From Candidatus Obscuribacterales bacterium (GTDB taxonomy: Bacteria > Cyanobacteriota > Vampirovibrionia > Obscuribacterales > Obscuribacteraceae): DNA of 64,000 bases. Location of the stretch: the NCBI GenBank assembly GCA_965228855.1, contig CBDDIJ010000002.1, positions 896,001 through 960,000 on the forward strand, written 5' to 3'. This document shows, piece after piece, positions 41,787 through 51,489 of this stretch (its first letter is position 1; each line of letters begins with the position of its first letter). Position numbers and translations under genes: made by a program. Below the pieces are notes generated by a model, which ran no database searches, was not told the origin of the DNA, and saw only the letters and a list, made by a program, of their open reading frames with translations.

Positions 41787-43184
41787 TTAGCGGCGACCGA
41801 AGCGCTCTCTGATCTGACGGTACGTGTCCGGACCGAGGTAGATGCAGAGCCCCCAGGCGATGCCCGAGAGGAAGAACACGACGAAGAGGATGCCGACCTG
41901 CTGACCGGTGGTGGGCTGGAGTTCCTTGAGCAGGTACTCGTAGCCGACTCCGTTGCCCGACTTGTCGGTCATGTGGACCCGCTGGAACTTGTTTTTGCCC
42001 CAGATGATCTTCTCGAGGGCGCCCTGGGTGTTGTGCACCTGGACGCCATCGCCTTGCAGCGTGGCGTACGCGTTGCCCAGAAGGGCTTCCGCGTCGACCG
42101 GCGTGCCTTGCAGCGAGTTGCGGATTTCGAGCATCAGGTGCTCGTTACCCATGGGCATACCGGTTGTGGCTGCTGCCCATGCGACTTTGCCGTCCCTGGC
42201 GCCGAGAACGACGAGAATGCCGTTCTTCGACAGCGCGTCCTTGCCGAACTCCGCCGACTGCCAGTAGGCTGCCAGCGCGCCGATGTAGTTGTCGCGATCG
42301 AGAACCTTGTCGGCAGGCACAATGACGAGGTGCAGGTCGCCTTGCAGCGTCTGACCGAGGGCCGAGTTGAAGCGGCGGCCGGCGTTGCGCCAGTCGCCCG
42401 TGCCGCTCACGCCGCCGACGAAGTAGACGCGGTCAGCGTCGTAGTAGCCGGTGACCTGGCTGTTGATCTTCGGGAGAAGTCCGGCGGTCTTGTATTTGTC
42501 GATCGAGTCGTTGAAGCGTTGAAGAATCGTCGACTGCGACGCGAGGATGTAGTTGTCGTAAGTCATCCGCAAGGTGACCGGACCGGGATTGTTGTGATCC
42601 AGGCGGTCCTTCACGGTGAGGTAATACGGGTGGTAGCCCGTGGTCGACTCGTACTTCCACTCAGGCACGCTGACCAGCCAGCGGAATCGGTACTTGTTGG
42701 GGTTTTCGGGAAGATAGCCCGTCGCGATCGTGACATCGCCGATGGTGGTGTGGACGACGAAGTCCCACTCCTCGGTGGTGTACGGAATCTTGTGGTCGAC
42801 GTTCTTCTTCTTCTGGACCCGACGAGTCTGCTTCTGGCCCTTCGAGTCAGTGTATTCCTCGTCGTCCCAGTAGGTTTCCTCACGGGTTTCGATCCAGTAG
42901 TGCCGCATGAAGCCGTCTTCCGACGTCGACTTGCGCAGCACCTGAGCCTGAACTTCCCAGCCGTTCCAGTTCTCGTTGAAGGTCACCTGGTTGTGAATCG
43001 CCACCTTGATGCCGATCCACGCGGTGAACGGAATGACAAGGACCAGCATGACCGCCATCGCCACACCGAACTCGGTGTTGGTGATTTTGTTCTCGGCGCT
43101 GGCGGACTTCTTGTCAAAGAAAAACTTGAGCGCGACGCCCATCAACGCAGTGATGAGCGCCCCGATCAGAATGAGTGTGAACAT
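41787..43184 (-). CDS. Membrane protein, possible TPM-like domain
   Basis: Two N-terminal TMs and one C-terminal TM; DLHLVIV...YWQ...KNGILVVLG. Confidence 0.75.
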   Translation of the reverse strand: MFTLILIGALITALMGVALKFFFDKKSASAENKITNTEFGVAMAVMLVLVIPFTAWIGIKVAIHNQVTFNENWNGWEVQAQVLRKSTSEDGFMRHYWIETREETYWDDEEYTDSKGQKQTRRVQKKKNVDHKIPYTTEEWDFVVHTTIGDVTIATGYLPENPNKYRFRWLVSVPEWKYESTTGYHPYYLTVKDRLDHNNPGPVTLRMTYDNYILASQSTILQRFNDSIDKYKTAGLLPKINSQVTGYYDADRVYFVGGVSGTGDWRNAGRRFNSALGQTLQGDLHLVIVPADKVLDRDNYIGALAAYWQSAEFGKDALSKNGILVVLGARDGKVAWAAATTGMPMGNEHLMLEIRNSLQGTPVDAEALLGNAYATLQGDGVQVHNTQGALEKIIWGKNKFQRVHMTDKSGNGVGYEYLLKELQPTTGQQVGILFVVFFLSGIAWGLCIYLGPDTYRQIRERFGRR

Positions 43185-43305
43185 AGAAGCTCCTTCTGTT
43201 AGGCGTAAACAGCAGCAGGAACACGCGCAGTTCAGAAGAGAACTGCGCGCGTCTTGCTGCCGAGCACTCGTGCGACGAGCGCGCCTTAGCGGTTGATGAT
43301 TGAGC

Positions 43306-43908
43306 CTACAGAGCGCTTGCGCGCGTCAGGTCCAGACCGTTGTACTTGCACATGCATGCGTCGACGGAGGCGGAGAGCCAGAGCTGGCAGGCTTCCGCCG
43401 TCGTTTCGACAGCGCGCCGGTACAGGTCGCGCAGGTCAGTCGCGATGGGCGACAGAACGAACTTGAACCGTTCCGCACCACCGGGATCCGGACCCACAGC
43501 CACGCGGACCCTGGTGAACGTCATGACGCCACCGAGTTCCGCGATGGTCGATTCGATGCCGTGATGACCGCCCGCACCGCCCTTCGCTGCGAAGCGCAGC
43601 TTGCCGAGCGGCAGCGAGACATCATCGTAAACGATCGCGATGTTGCTCGGGTTGACGCCGAGCTTGTCGACGAGCGCCTTGACGGTGGCACCGCTGTCGT
43701 TCATGCCGGTCTGCGGCTTGACGATGAGCGTGTGCGCATCCGGTCTTGCGACAAGGGCGTTGACCTCGGCGTCGAAGCTGAACTGGCAGTTCAGCCTGGC
43801 GGCGAGCGCGTCCATGACGTCGAAACCGGCATTGTGTCGGGTCCATTCGAATTCGGGACCCGGGTTGCCCAGACCGACGAAGGCCTTGAGCTGTTGTGGT
43901 GTTTCCAT
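43306..43908 (-). CDS. pth: Peptidyl-tRNA hydrolase
   Basis: VGLGNPG, TRHNAGF, KPQTGMNDSG, YDD, GGHHGI. Confidence 0.92.
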   Translation of the reverse strand: METPQQLKAFVGLGNPGPEFEWTRHNAGFDVMDALAARLNCQFSFDAEVNALVARPDAHTLIVKPQTGMNDSGATVKALVDKLGVNPSNIAIVYDDVSLPLGKLRFAAKGGAGGHHGIESTIAELGGVMTFTRVRVAVGPDPGGAERFKFVLSPIATDLRDLYRRAVETTAEACQLWLSASVDACMCKYNGLDLTRASAL

Positions 43909-44050
43909 AGCAGGAACCTCCTCTGAAATTATGGGTTTCGGAATCAGAAGATGCGTGCGCAGACACGTGCGCGGGCAGTTTTTACACCACCTGCGCACGT
44001 GTGCGTGATTGCCTGGCTGCCTGCCTGAGCCCGTTGAGGCTCGAAGCGAA

Positions 44051-45037
44051 TCAGCCCTTGAGCGCGTCCGCCAACGAGACAGGCGCCCGGTCCGGAGCGT
44101 TCGGAGGCAGCACGCGGAAAGCCTCGAACTTGCCCTCGACGACGTCGTCGACGGCGACCAGGATGTCGCCGTTGATCAGGCGGGTGCCCTTCTGGAAGGC
44201 GGTGCCGACGACCTTGGCGGGCAGGAAGTTCTTGAGCGTAGCCGGGATGTAGTCGCCGTAGCGGACCGGCTGACCGGTGGAGGCGCGGTAGGAGCCGACG
44301 AAAACGGCGTGGTCGAGCTCGACCGTCGCGTCAAGGTCAGGCACCGTACCGTCGTGACCATCCAGTGTGTAGATCAGGAACTGATCCGGGTACTTCGGCT
44401 CGTAGGCGTAGGCGATCGGCTTGGCTTCGCCGGCGTCCTCGTTGTTGAAGCAGGCGACGGCGAAGGGGCAGTCGTACCACTTCTCGAGCGCGGCGAAGGT
44501 TTCCTTCGCGAGCGGAGGACGCTTGCGCGACTCGATCGCCTTGACCGCGTCCGGGATGAGCGAGGCGCGGCTGGCGAGGACCAGCGTGTAGATGTCGAAC
44601 GACTCGATCACGACGGAATCGGCGCCGAAGCTGATGCCCTTTGCTCCACCGCGTCGCAGACCGCCGCGCGAGGCGGGCGGCTGGACGGCGCGACGGATGT
44701 CCTTGAGCAGGTTGGGCGTGTTGGCGGTTTCGCGCAGCAGGCGAATCGAATCGAAGTTGTCCGTCATGATCGGGATGACCAGCGCGTTGCCCTTGGCGGC
44801 ATCCGAGCCGGGCGTGCGACCGGTGTTCCAGTTGCTCGGGGTCTTCGGAGCGCTGCGGCGACCGCGCGTGGTCGGAGCGGTCATGGACATCATCGGAGCG
44901 CCCCCGGAGCGTCCGCGACGCAGGTTGGAGGCACCGCTGACGGTGTTCTGGTAGAAGATGACGTGGGTGTTATCGTCGGCTTCGTACAGACCGGTGACGG
45001 TGTTGCCGAAGGTGACCGGTGCGATGGAGATGCACAT
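44051..45037 (-). CDS. Hypothetical protein (MCI start, YQN, LDGHDG motifs)
   Basis: Strong codon bias; first gene of the block. Confidence 0.75.
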   Translation of the reverse strand: MCISIAPVTFGNTVTGLYEADDNTHVIFYQNTVSGASNLRRGRSGGAPMMSMTAPTTRGRRSAPKTPSNWNTGRTPGSDAAKGNALVIPIMTDNFDSIRLLRETANTPNLLKDIRRAVQPPASRGGLRRGGAKGISFGADSVVIESFDIYTLVLASRASLIPDAVKAIESRKRPPLAKETFAALEKWYDCPFAVACFNNEDAGEAKPIAYAYEPKYPDQFLIYTLDGHDGTVPDLDATVELDHAVFVGSYRASTGQPVRYGDYIPATLKNFLPAKVVGTAFQKGTRLINGDILVAVDDVVEGKFEAFRVLPPNAPDRAPVSLADALKG

Positions 45038-45986
45038 GGTATGTTGGCTCGCTTTCGTTGTCAGTGTTTGCTTCGCGTTACGATGGTGTTTCGCGAAGCG
45101 GATTGGTTTCGCCTGAGGAAAGGCGGGAATGCCGAAAATAGATATCCGGCACGACAGCGACGACTGGACGCCGGAGCACCCAGTAAAGCGGAAAGTTTCC
45201 TGTTCTTGAAACAGACTCGATAAACTCGTTTCGCGCTCCGCGGTCGTCGCTCGAACTCACCGAGTGGGTGAATCGAGAGGCGAAGTTGTCGGTAACAGTG
45301 CTGCGGTGCGAGTGGGTGAGATTTTGTCGAGCTGAGAAGGAGGAAACTGTGTGCTTATACCTTGACGCAACTTCTAGAACTCAGTCTAGAGTTATTACCG
45401 ATTCTCAACTTCCAGGAAAGATATAAATCAGTTATCTCGGCTGAGGTTAAGAATCTCCGCGTGGTTATCAAGGGGTAGCGGGCGCTCCAGTAATGGCTTG
45501 GCTGGCTTGGGGTGGCGGTCGCGGCTCTGATGATATGGATTCATATGACAACCTAGTGCTAACTGAGTCAACGGGCAGAAAATCACTCTGTTAAACAGTT
45601 CTCAAGCGTGAGCTTGCGCAACTACTCAACCGCGAGTGTGAGCTCGCGCGACCACTCAAACCGGCAGGTTAGCAGGTGTTTTCGAAGCCAGTGCCGTTAA
45701 TAACTGTTTGGTTCGGATAGACGGTTTAAGTTTCGTGCGCAAAGTAAACATGCGCGCACATCGTTTGTTTTCGGTTACTCCTATTTGCGAGGCTCTGGGA
45801 AGCATTTCCTCTCTCATTCCGAACAAAAACAGACTTTCGAACGCTTAAACACTCCCTTCGGCTTTCTCCTGCGTTGATCGACGCTTGGGGAGGTTCGCGC
45901 ATTCGAGAGTGTACGCAGTTCGCAAGAGAGTGGATTTGCCGTCTCAACCAGGTTCGCGGAACCAAAACAGCAAGGATCGATCAATA

Positions 45987-46448
45987 ATGACCCAACTGCT
46001 CAAACTGCTCCTCATGCTCGGCTGTCTGTTCGGCGGCGCCGTCCTGATCATGCACAACGCCCTGCCGCTCGGACTCGTGCTCGGCGCCGCCGGTCTCGGG
46101 CTGTTCGTGCATCAGCTGCTCGCGCAGAACAAGCAAGGCAAGGTCGACAGCGGCGTCATCTCCGACAAGTACAACGCCTTCGTGAAGGCGCTCAACGAGA
46201 CGCACACGCTGGCGATTCGCAAGCTCGGCACCGCCACCGACGCCGAACTGGCTCCCATCCTCGAGAAGCTGGTCGCGGCCGGCTCGCACATGGGTTCGAA
46301 TCCGGCCTGGCGCAACACGCAGCGCATCACAACCGCCGGCGACGTCATGCGCTGGTATGACGACGGCAAGGCTCTGGCGGACGAGGCTCGCGCCATGATC
46401 GACAAGTTCGAGCCCCGCAAGGGCGGTATCGAAGGCACCCTGCTGTAA
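45987..46448 (+). CDS. Hypothetical 2-TM protein
   Basis: AAGGA SD, high GC3. Confidence 0.75.
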   Translation: MTQLLKLLLMLGCLFGGAVLIMHNALPLGLVLGAAGLGLFVHQLLAQNKQGKVDSGVISDKYNAFVKALNETHTLAIRKLGTATDAELAPILEKLVAAGSHMGSNPAWRNTQRITTAGDVMRWYDDGKALADEARAMIDKFEPRKGGIEGTLL

Positions 46449-46538
46449 GTCGGTTGACGATTCAGCCATAGTGCTTTGAACTGAGGCAGGAACGATCGCC
46501 CGAACGGCGCTCTTCCTGCCTCCTGGTCCTCAGGTTGT

Positions 46539-46765
46539 CTACTATAGAAGACGGTAAAAGTTTTAGGCGTCAGTTTTCGTTTCCGGCGATTGGCGCGGAT
46601 TGTTTGCCTCCTCTGTCTATCTGGGAACGACGGATTTGCGGAAAACTGTCTATCGGTCGTTGCCAAACGAGGTCTTGGCAGCTCGTTGTTCCTGTTGTTG
46701 AACTGGGGAAAGGCTGTTGCAGCCCTCGTTTCGTGGGTTGTCGAAGATATGAGGCTATATAGTAG
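46539..46765. repeat. Complete dispersed element copy (core 46613-46666)
   Basis: ctactata ... ctgtctatctgggaacgacggattt ... tatagtag. Confidence 0.75.
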
Positions 46766-46858
46766 GAGGGTTCCAGGGTTTTAAAAAGGCGCATCCAGAG
46801 GGAAGCCATGCAGCTCCCCTCTGGACTCGTTTGCCGGAAAAGTAAATTGGCGCCTACA

Positions 46859-47248
46859 TCAGGTCAGGCGTTGCAGATTCTCGAACGGCTTGAGGACGCG
46901 TTGCGCGACGCTGATGCCGATGCCGGACATCAAACCGAACGCGCTGATCAGTCCCAGGCCGAAGAGTGAGAAGCCGGCATTCCAGCCAGCGTAGACATTG
47001 ACCAGGTACATCACCGCGCCGAAGATTGCGCCCGCGATGAGGTAGAACAGCACGCTGGTCTTGCCGGTGAGAGCCGAGGCGACGCCGACGACGAACGAGC
47101 CCACGGCGCCGAAGATCGCGCCGATGACGATGGCGGAGAGGAAGCTGTAGCCGATGAGCTGTGCGCCGGCGACGAAATTGGTGACGGTGGCGAAGGCGGC
47201 CGACAGCAGCGCTCCGACGATGATTCCGAGGCAGATGGTCAAACGCAT
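46859..47248 (-). CDS. Gly-rich 4-TM membrane protein
   Basis: Hydrophobic, SD present, high GC3. Confidence 0.75.
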   Translation of the reverse strand: MRLTICLGIIVGALLSAAFATVTNFVAGAQLIGYSFLSAIVIGAIFGAVGSFVVGVASALTGKTSVLFYLIAGAIFGAVMYLVNVYAGWNAGFSLFGLGLISAFGLMSGIGISVAQRVLKPFENLQRLT

Positions 47249-47664
47249 CTTGATTCCCTTTGTGTGCGTTTCGATTTTTCTCGCTTCAAGTCGACGCAGA
47301 CGGCTGACGCAATCAGGTTTCTGAGCTGCGCGAGCGTTTGCGGTTTGAAACCGGCCGACAACACGTGACCAAAAATTCTTGGAGATGGTGAAGTCGAATT
47401 TTGTTTTTGGACCGGCGACTGGAAGGAGAAGGTGAACAACCAGTTATTACCAACTTCAAGGCTCATAACCTAATTACTTATGTAATCTGGTTTTGTTCCA
47501 AGAACGAAACAGTTGCGTTGCGCCTGAGTAGGCAACAGTTTCTAGCATTCAGCGATTCCCCAATTAGAGCGATTTTAATTCGTGAAGCTATCGCCGGCTC
47601 GACTGCAATGTGAAGCAAATGCGTTAAACTCTGTCATCAGTTTGAAAGTCCGATTCGAATTAAA

Positions 47665-48342
47665 ATGTCCCACGTCCTCGATAATGCTGTTTGGAATGCT
47701 CTGAATACGAGGCAGTCAGAGCTCGCTGTCGGTGGAAAACTTGCGCGCAAGTACAGACCGGAATTTACGATTTTAGCCGGTGTTGCGATTGAGACGCCCG
47801 AAGCGTTTGATGAACTGAAACAGATTACAGCGGCTGGAGAATTCGTCGGGCTGCGCTCTTTAGCTGACCTTGCCAATGTCGAGGGTTGGACTTGTCGCGC
47901 GCAGTTTCCCATTCTGCAAATGGTTTGCGAGGAGTTGAAACCTTGCCGTCCCGTTGAGTTTGAAACGCTCACCCCATCGGATGTCCCGGCAATGCGTGCA
48001 TTGGCGAAGCTAACCCAACCTGGTCCGTTCTCAACTCGAACGAATGAGTTCGGCACATTCATTGGTATCAAGGACGGTGGCAAGCTGGTCGCGATGGCGG
48101 GTGAACGCATGAAAGTTCGCGGATTCGACGAGATCAGTGCCGTTTGCACTCATCCGGATTATCAGGGACGGGGATACGCTCGAGCACTGGTTTTCGAAGT
48201 GGCGCGTTTGATTCAGGAGCGGGGCAATGTGCCGTTTCTCCATGTTAAAAGGGAGAACGATGCCGGTATAAAAAGCTACGAATCAATTGGTTTTAAAACC
48301 CGTGAGGAGCTTGGTTTCTTCGTCCTGTCGCCCGATAAATAA
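47665..48342 (+). CDS. GNAT acetyltransferase (FR47-like)
   Basis: AMAGER, EISAVCTHPDYQGRGYA, PFLHV, YESIGF. Confidence 0.92.
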   Translation: MSHVLDNAVWNALNTRQSELAVGGKLARKYRPEFTILAGVAIETPEAFDELKQITAAGEFVGLRSLADLANVEGWTCRAQFPILQMVCEELKPCRPVEFETLTPSDVPAMRALAKLTQPGPFSTRTNEFGTFIGIKDGGKLVAMAGERMKVRGFDEISAVCTHPDYQGRGYARALVFEVARLIQERGNVPFLHVKRENDAGIKSYESIGFKTREELGFFVLSPDK

Positions 48343-48382
48343 CCGGTGTGTTGTTTTCGAGTGTCCGGGGTATAACGAATCC

Positions 48383-48451
48383 GATTACGGTTAATGACTA
48401 GCGAGTCGCTAGTCGAAATCCCTAGATTTCTCTTCCTACTCCCGCGTAATC
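48383..48451 (+). ncRNA. Candidate compact retron msr-msd-like RNA
   Basis: GATTACG/CGTAATC terminal inverted repeat enclosing two hairpins; TATAAC at 48371. Confidence 0.45.
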
Positions 48452-48458
48452 CAGGCAG

Positions 48459-49628
48459 ATGCCCGAATCGCAAACTCAATTGCAGCTAAACGACATCTGT
48501 TCCGAGCTGGGGCTTTCGCCCCAGTTCTTGTTTGAACTTGCGGCTCGTGGCGATGAGCTGTACGAAACGTTCGAGCTTCCCAAGCGAGGCGGTGGCAAGC
48601 GTCGCATCGCGGTCCCGAAAGATGTTTTGAAAAACGTTCAGCGGACGCTGCTGCATGGGTTACTTTGCAGGTATGCGATGCCGAAACATGTGCATGGTTG
48701 CGTGAAGGGGCGTTCGGCGGTTTCAAACGCTGAAGGGCACGTGAAGAAGCCGTTTGTTATAAACATCGATCTGTCTGATTTTTTTGGATCGATCAAGGCG
48801 GAAACTGTTCAAAAGATTTTTGAGACTGCGTTCAAATGCGACTTTGAAACCGCTGCGATTCTTTCTAAACTCTGCACCTTTGGCGGCGTGCTTCCACAGG
48901 GGGCTCCCACGAGTCCTACTCTTGCGAATTTGTGTGCGCTGGACCTCGACAAAGAGTTGATTGCGGTTTGCGAAAAGTCCTTTGAAAACTACGCGCACCA
49001 CTACACTCGCTACGTGGACGATATCACCATATCTGGTGGCCCGGAGTTGGCGTTTTACCTGGCTGATTTCTATCGAGCCATTGAGCGATGCGGTTTTCGC
49101 GCTAATCCAAATAAGTTGAAGATGGCACGACCGAACTCGAGGCAGAAGGTAACCGGTTTGGTCGTGAATCAGAAACTGAATCCGCCCAAGAAGCTTGTCC
49201 GTCGCGTCCGGCAGCAGCTGTACTTCGCGACGAAGTTTGGTTTGATCAGTCACTGTGATAAACGTGATACCACTCCCGAATTGTTCTGGCAGCAGATTAG
49301 AGGTTTGATCGGCTACATCCGCATGACGAGACCTGATCTGGCGGATCAGTTCAATCTTCAGTTATCGCAAATATACGCTGATGCTCGGGTTGCTACACCG
49401 AATGATGAGGATTTGAAACTGCACACGCTGCGGGAGATGATTGTCGAAGAGCAGATCGCCACGTTTTATTACAAGGAACGATACTGCAAAGTCGCACCGG
49501 TCGAGATAACGCTCGATTCCGATGGGACCAAGATTCTGCGAGCGTTTCAGATGTTTCCCAATCAGCGCTGGCGCAAATTCAAAATTGCCGAAATGAAATT
49601 CCTTGCCAACGACGAGGACACGACCTAG
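48459..49628 (+). CDS. Retron-type reverse transcriptase with C-terminal WYL-like domain
   Basis: NAEGH (region X), IDLSDFF, LPQGAPTSPTLAN, YTRYVDD, KVTGLVV (region Y); extra ~70-aa C-terminal domain. Confidence 0.9.
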   Translation: MPESQTQLQLNDICSELGLSPQFLFELAARGDELYETFELPKRGGGKRRIAVPKDVLKNVQRTLLHGLLCRYAMPKHVHGCVKGRSAVSNAEGHVKKPFVINIDLSDFFGSIKAETVQKIFETAFKCDFETAAILSKLCTFGGVLPQGAPTSPTLANLCALDLDKELIAVCEKSFENYAHHYTRYVDDITISGGPELAFYLADFYRAIERCGFRANPNKLKMARPNSRQKVTGLVVNQKLNPPKKLVRRVRQQLYFATKFGLISHCDKRDTTPELFWQQIRGLIGYIRMTRPDLADQFNLQLSQIYADARVATPNDEDLKLHTLREMIVEEQIATFYYKERYCKVAPVEITLDSDGTKILRAFQMFPNQRWRKFKIAEMKFLANDEDTT

Positions 49629-49635
49629 GTTTCCC

Positions 49636-49963
49636 CCAAACTTGTCTACTATAAGACAGGGTATGTGTAAATGAACGAAACCGGCTGCCCAGGCTCGTTT
49701 CGAAGTCCGGCTGCTCCTGAATTGGAGAACTTGTCTATCCTGCTATGACGGAATGTCGAAAAATCGGCAATGCTGCATAGACACGAATCAAAGCCGAGCT
49801 CCAAACTTTTCTACTATAAGATGGCGTATGGACGAATGGTCGAAACCGGCTGACCAGGCTCGTTTCGAAGTCTGGCTGTTCCTGAATTGGTGAACTTGTC
49901 TATCCTGCTATGACGGAATGTCGAAAAATCGGCAATGCTGCATAGACACGAATCAAAGCCGAG
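49636..49963. repeat. Two tandem 165-bp partial copies of the dispersed element
   Basis: ctactataag at 49646 and 49811; core ttgtctatcctgctatgacgg...catagacac in each. Confidence 0.9.
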
Positions 49964-50041
49964 TTCAGTGACAAAACAATCACTCAACATAAATCATGGT
50001 TTTCGGGTGTTGTGCAGTGTTTATATTTTTCGAGTAACTCC

Positions 50042-51259
50042 ATGAGCAAAGCCGTATTTGATTTCACCAGAGAGTCACCTTCTCAAAAGTCAGGAGAGCC
50101 GGGCGAGCAGCGCGATCTGTTTCAACGCATGTTTGATGAGCGTGGCAGTCAGTACGATTGGTTTAAAACAGTTGATGGTGATCGCAATGGTGTTCTGTCG
50201 CAAGCGGAAATGCAGGCGGCGAGCGGGAATTACGCCTTGACCAATTCGGAGCGCGAATTTTTGGCTGCTGCTGCGGAACATTACGAGCTGGCTTCGCAGA
50301 TGGCTGGTCCATCTAAAGAGCAAGGCGTTTCCCGGGAAGACATTAATTCCATGCAGCTACTTCAACAAGCTAGAACTGATGCGCTTTTGCACACGGATGA
50401 AACCCGTGAAGTCGTCCTTCGGAACTTTGAAAGGCTTGACTCGAATAACAATGGCGAGATCAGCCGTAAGGAGATAAAGAGTGCGCTCAGTCAGCTTCCA
50501 AAAGAGGCGGAGTATAGTCAGGGCGCTAAAGACGCACTGCGGGCGGTGAAAAATTTGCAGGGCATTTTAGAAGCGCGCGATGTGATGCGTAATGCCGGCC
50601 TGCTCAACCAGCAGTCGGATGGTATTACTAAAGCAGGTGTTGAAGCGCTGCGGGTGAGCGATGTTGAGAGTTGGAAGCAGCAGTCAGTTATTGCAGAGCG
50701 GATTGAGGACGACCATAGTGGGCTGAAATGGAGAGATCTGATGTTCGCCGTGGGTGGTGGCATCGCCGGGTATTTCCTTAAGGGTGAAAAGGGAATTACG
50801 TCGGGTGGTCTTATGGGTTTTGGAATATCCAGAAAAATTGATAAGTATGAGCGTCCTTACTACGTCGCGACCGATGCCATGGATATCTACAAAGGTTACC
50901 GCGATGCTGGTATGGAATCGATGATGGCGAAATTTGACCCTGCCGGAGCGCTTCCGGAACCGGCGGCTGGTCAGGGGCCTGTTGCGAAATCGGAGTCGCC
51001 GTCGATTAAAACACCGGCAGCGAATTCGGAGCAGCCTTCGATTGAAACACCTGCTGCAGAGCCGCCTTCGATGGATAAACCGATTGTGCAGTCGGAACCG
51101 AAACAAATTCCGAATGATGCGTTCGATTTTTTCGTGCCGAAATCTACAGCGGAGAAAACATCCGCCGGTCGTCAACCTGTTGGTGACTCGGTTCTGGATA
51201 AGTCGAAGTCTCTGCAGAATCGTCGAAAGGAAACCGATTTCTTTGATTTTAAGAGCTAG
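50042..51259 (+). CDS. EF-hand domain protein with Pro-rich tail
   Basis: DGDRNGVLSQAE and DSNNNGEISRKE EF-hand loops. Confidence 0.8.
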   Translation: MSKAVFDFTRESPSQKSGEPGEQRDLFQRMFDERGSQYDWFKTVDGDRNGVLSQAEMQAASGNYALTNSEREFLAAAAEHYELASQMAGPSKEQGVSREDINSMQLLQQARTDALLHTDETREVVLRNFERLDSNNNGEISRKEIKSALSQLPKEAEYSQGAKDALRAVKNLQGILEARDVMRNAGLLNQQSDGITKAGVEALRVSDVESWKQQSVIAERIEDDHSGLKWRDLMFAVGGGIAGYFLKGEKGITSGGLMGFGISRKIDKYERPYYVATDAMDIYKGYRDAGMESMMAKFDPAGALPEPAAGQGPVAKSESPSIKTPAANSEQPSIETPAAEPPSMDKPIVQSEPKQIPNDAFDFFVPKSTAEKTSAGRQPVGDSVLDKSKSLQNRRKETDFFDFKS

Positions 51260-51283
51260 CTTTGTTTCGTGTTGCCTCGGCTT

Positions 51284-51434
51284 GTGTCTGCGTGGCGTAG
51301 ACAGATTTTCGAGATTTCGTCGCTCTGGCGTAGCCAAACCCCGCTTTTGAGCTATTCGCCGGCGGGGCGAATCAACGAAAACTGCCGCAACGCCGACGGT
51401 TTGGGTTTATTGGGGTCACGTCGGCATATAGTAG
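51284..51434. repeat. Half copy of the dispersed element (core 51284-51337 + TATAGTAG)
   Basis: Core aligns with the 63503 copy; arm motif ends 97 bp after the core. Confidence 0.7.
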
Positions 51435-51448
51435 GTGGAGTTGAAGGG

Positions 51449-51481
51449 GAAACACCGGAGCGGCTTGGGCTCCGGTGTTTC
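51449..51481 (-). terminator. Hairpin after citrate synthase
   Basis: gaaacaccggagc / gctccggtgtttc. Confidence 0.65.
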
Positions 51482-51489
51482 TGACGGGA

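Noticed and set aside
35734..45037. Prophage
   Set aside because: No terminase, capsid, tail, lysis or integrase genes recognised in the block
47665..48342. GNAT as the retron toxin/effector
   Set aside because: Looks like a common stand-alone FR47-type acetyltransferase, with a separate promoter-like box before the RT; no linkage evidence, though not excluded
48459..49963. Group II intron or DGR interpretation of the RT and downstream repeats
   Set aside because: The RT has retron motifs and lacks maturase or Avd context; the 165-bp repeats are non-coding members of the dispersed element family and show no adenine-specific TR/VR pattern
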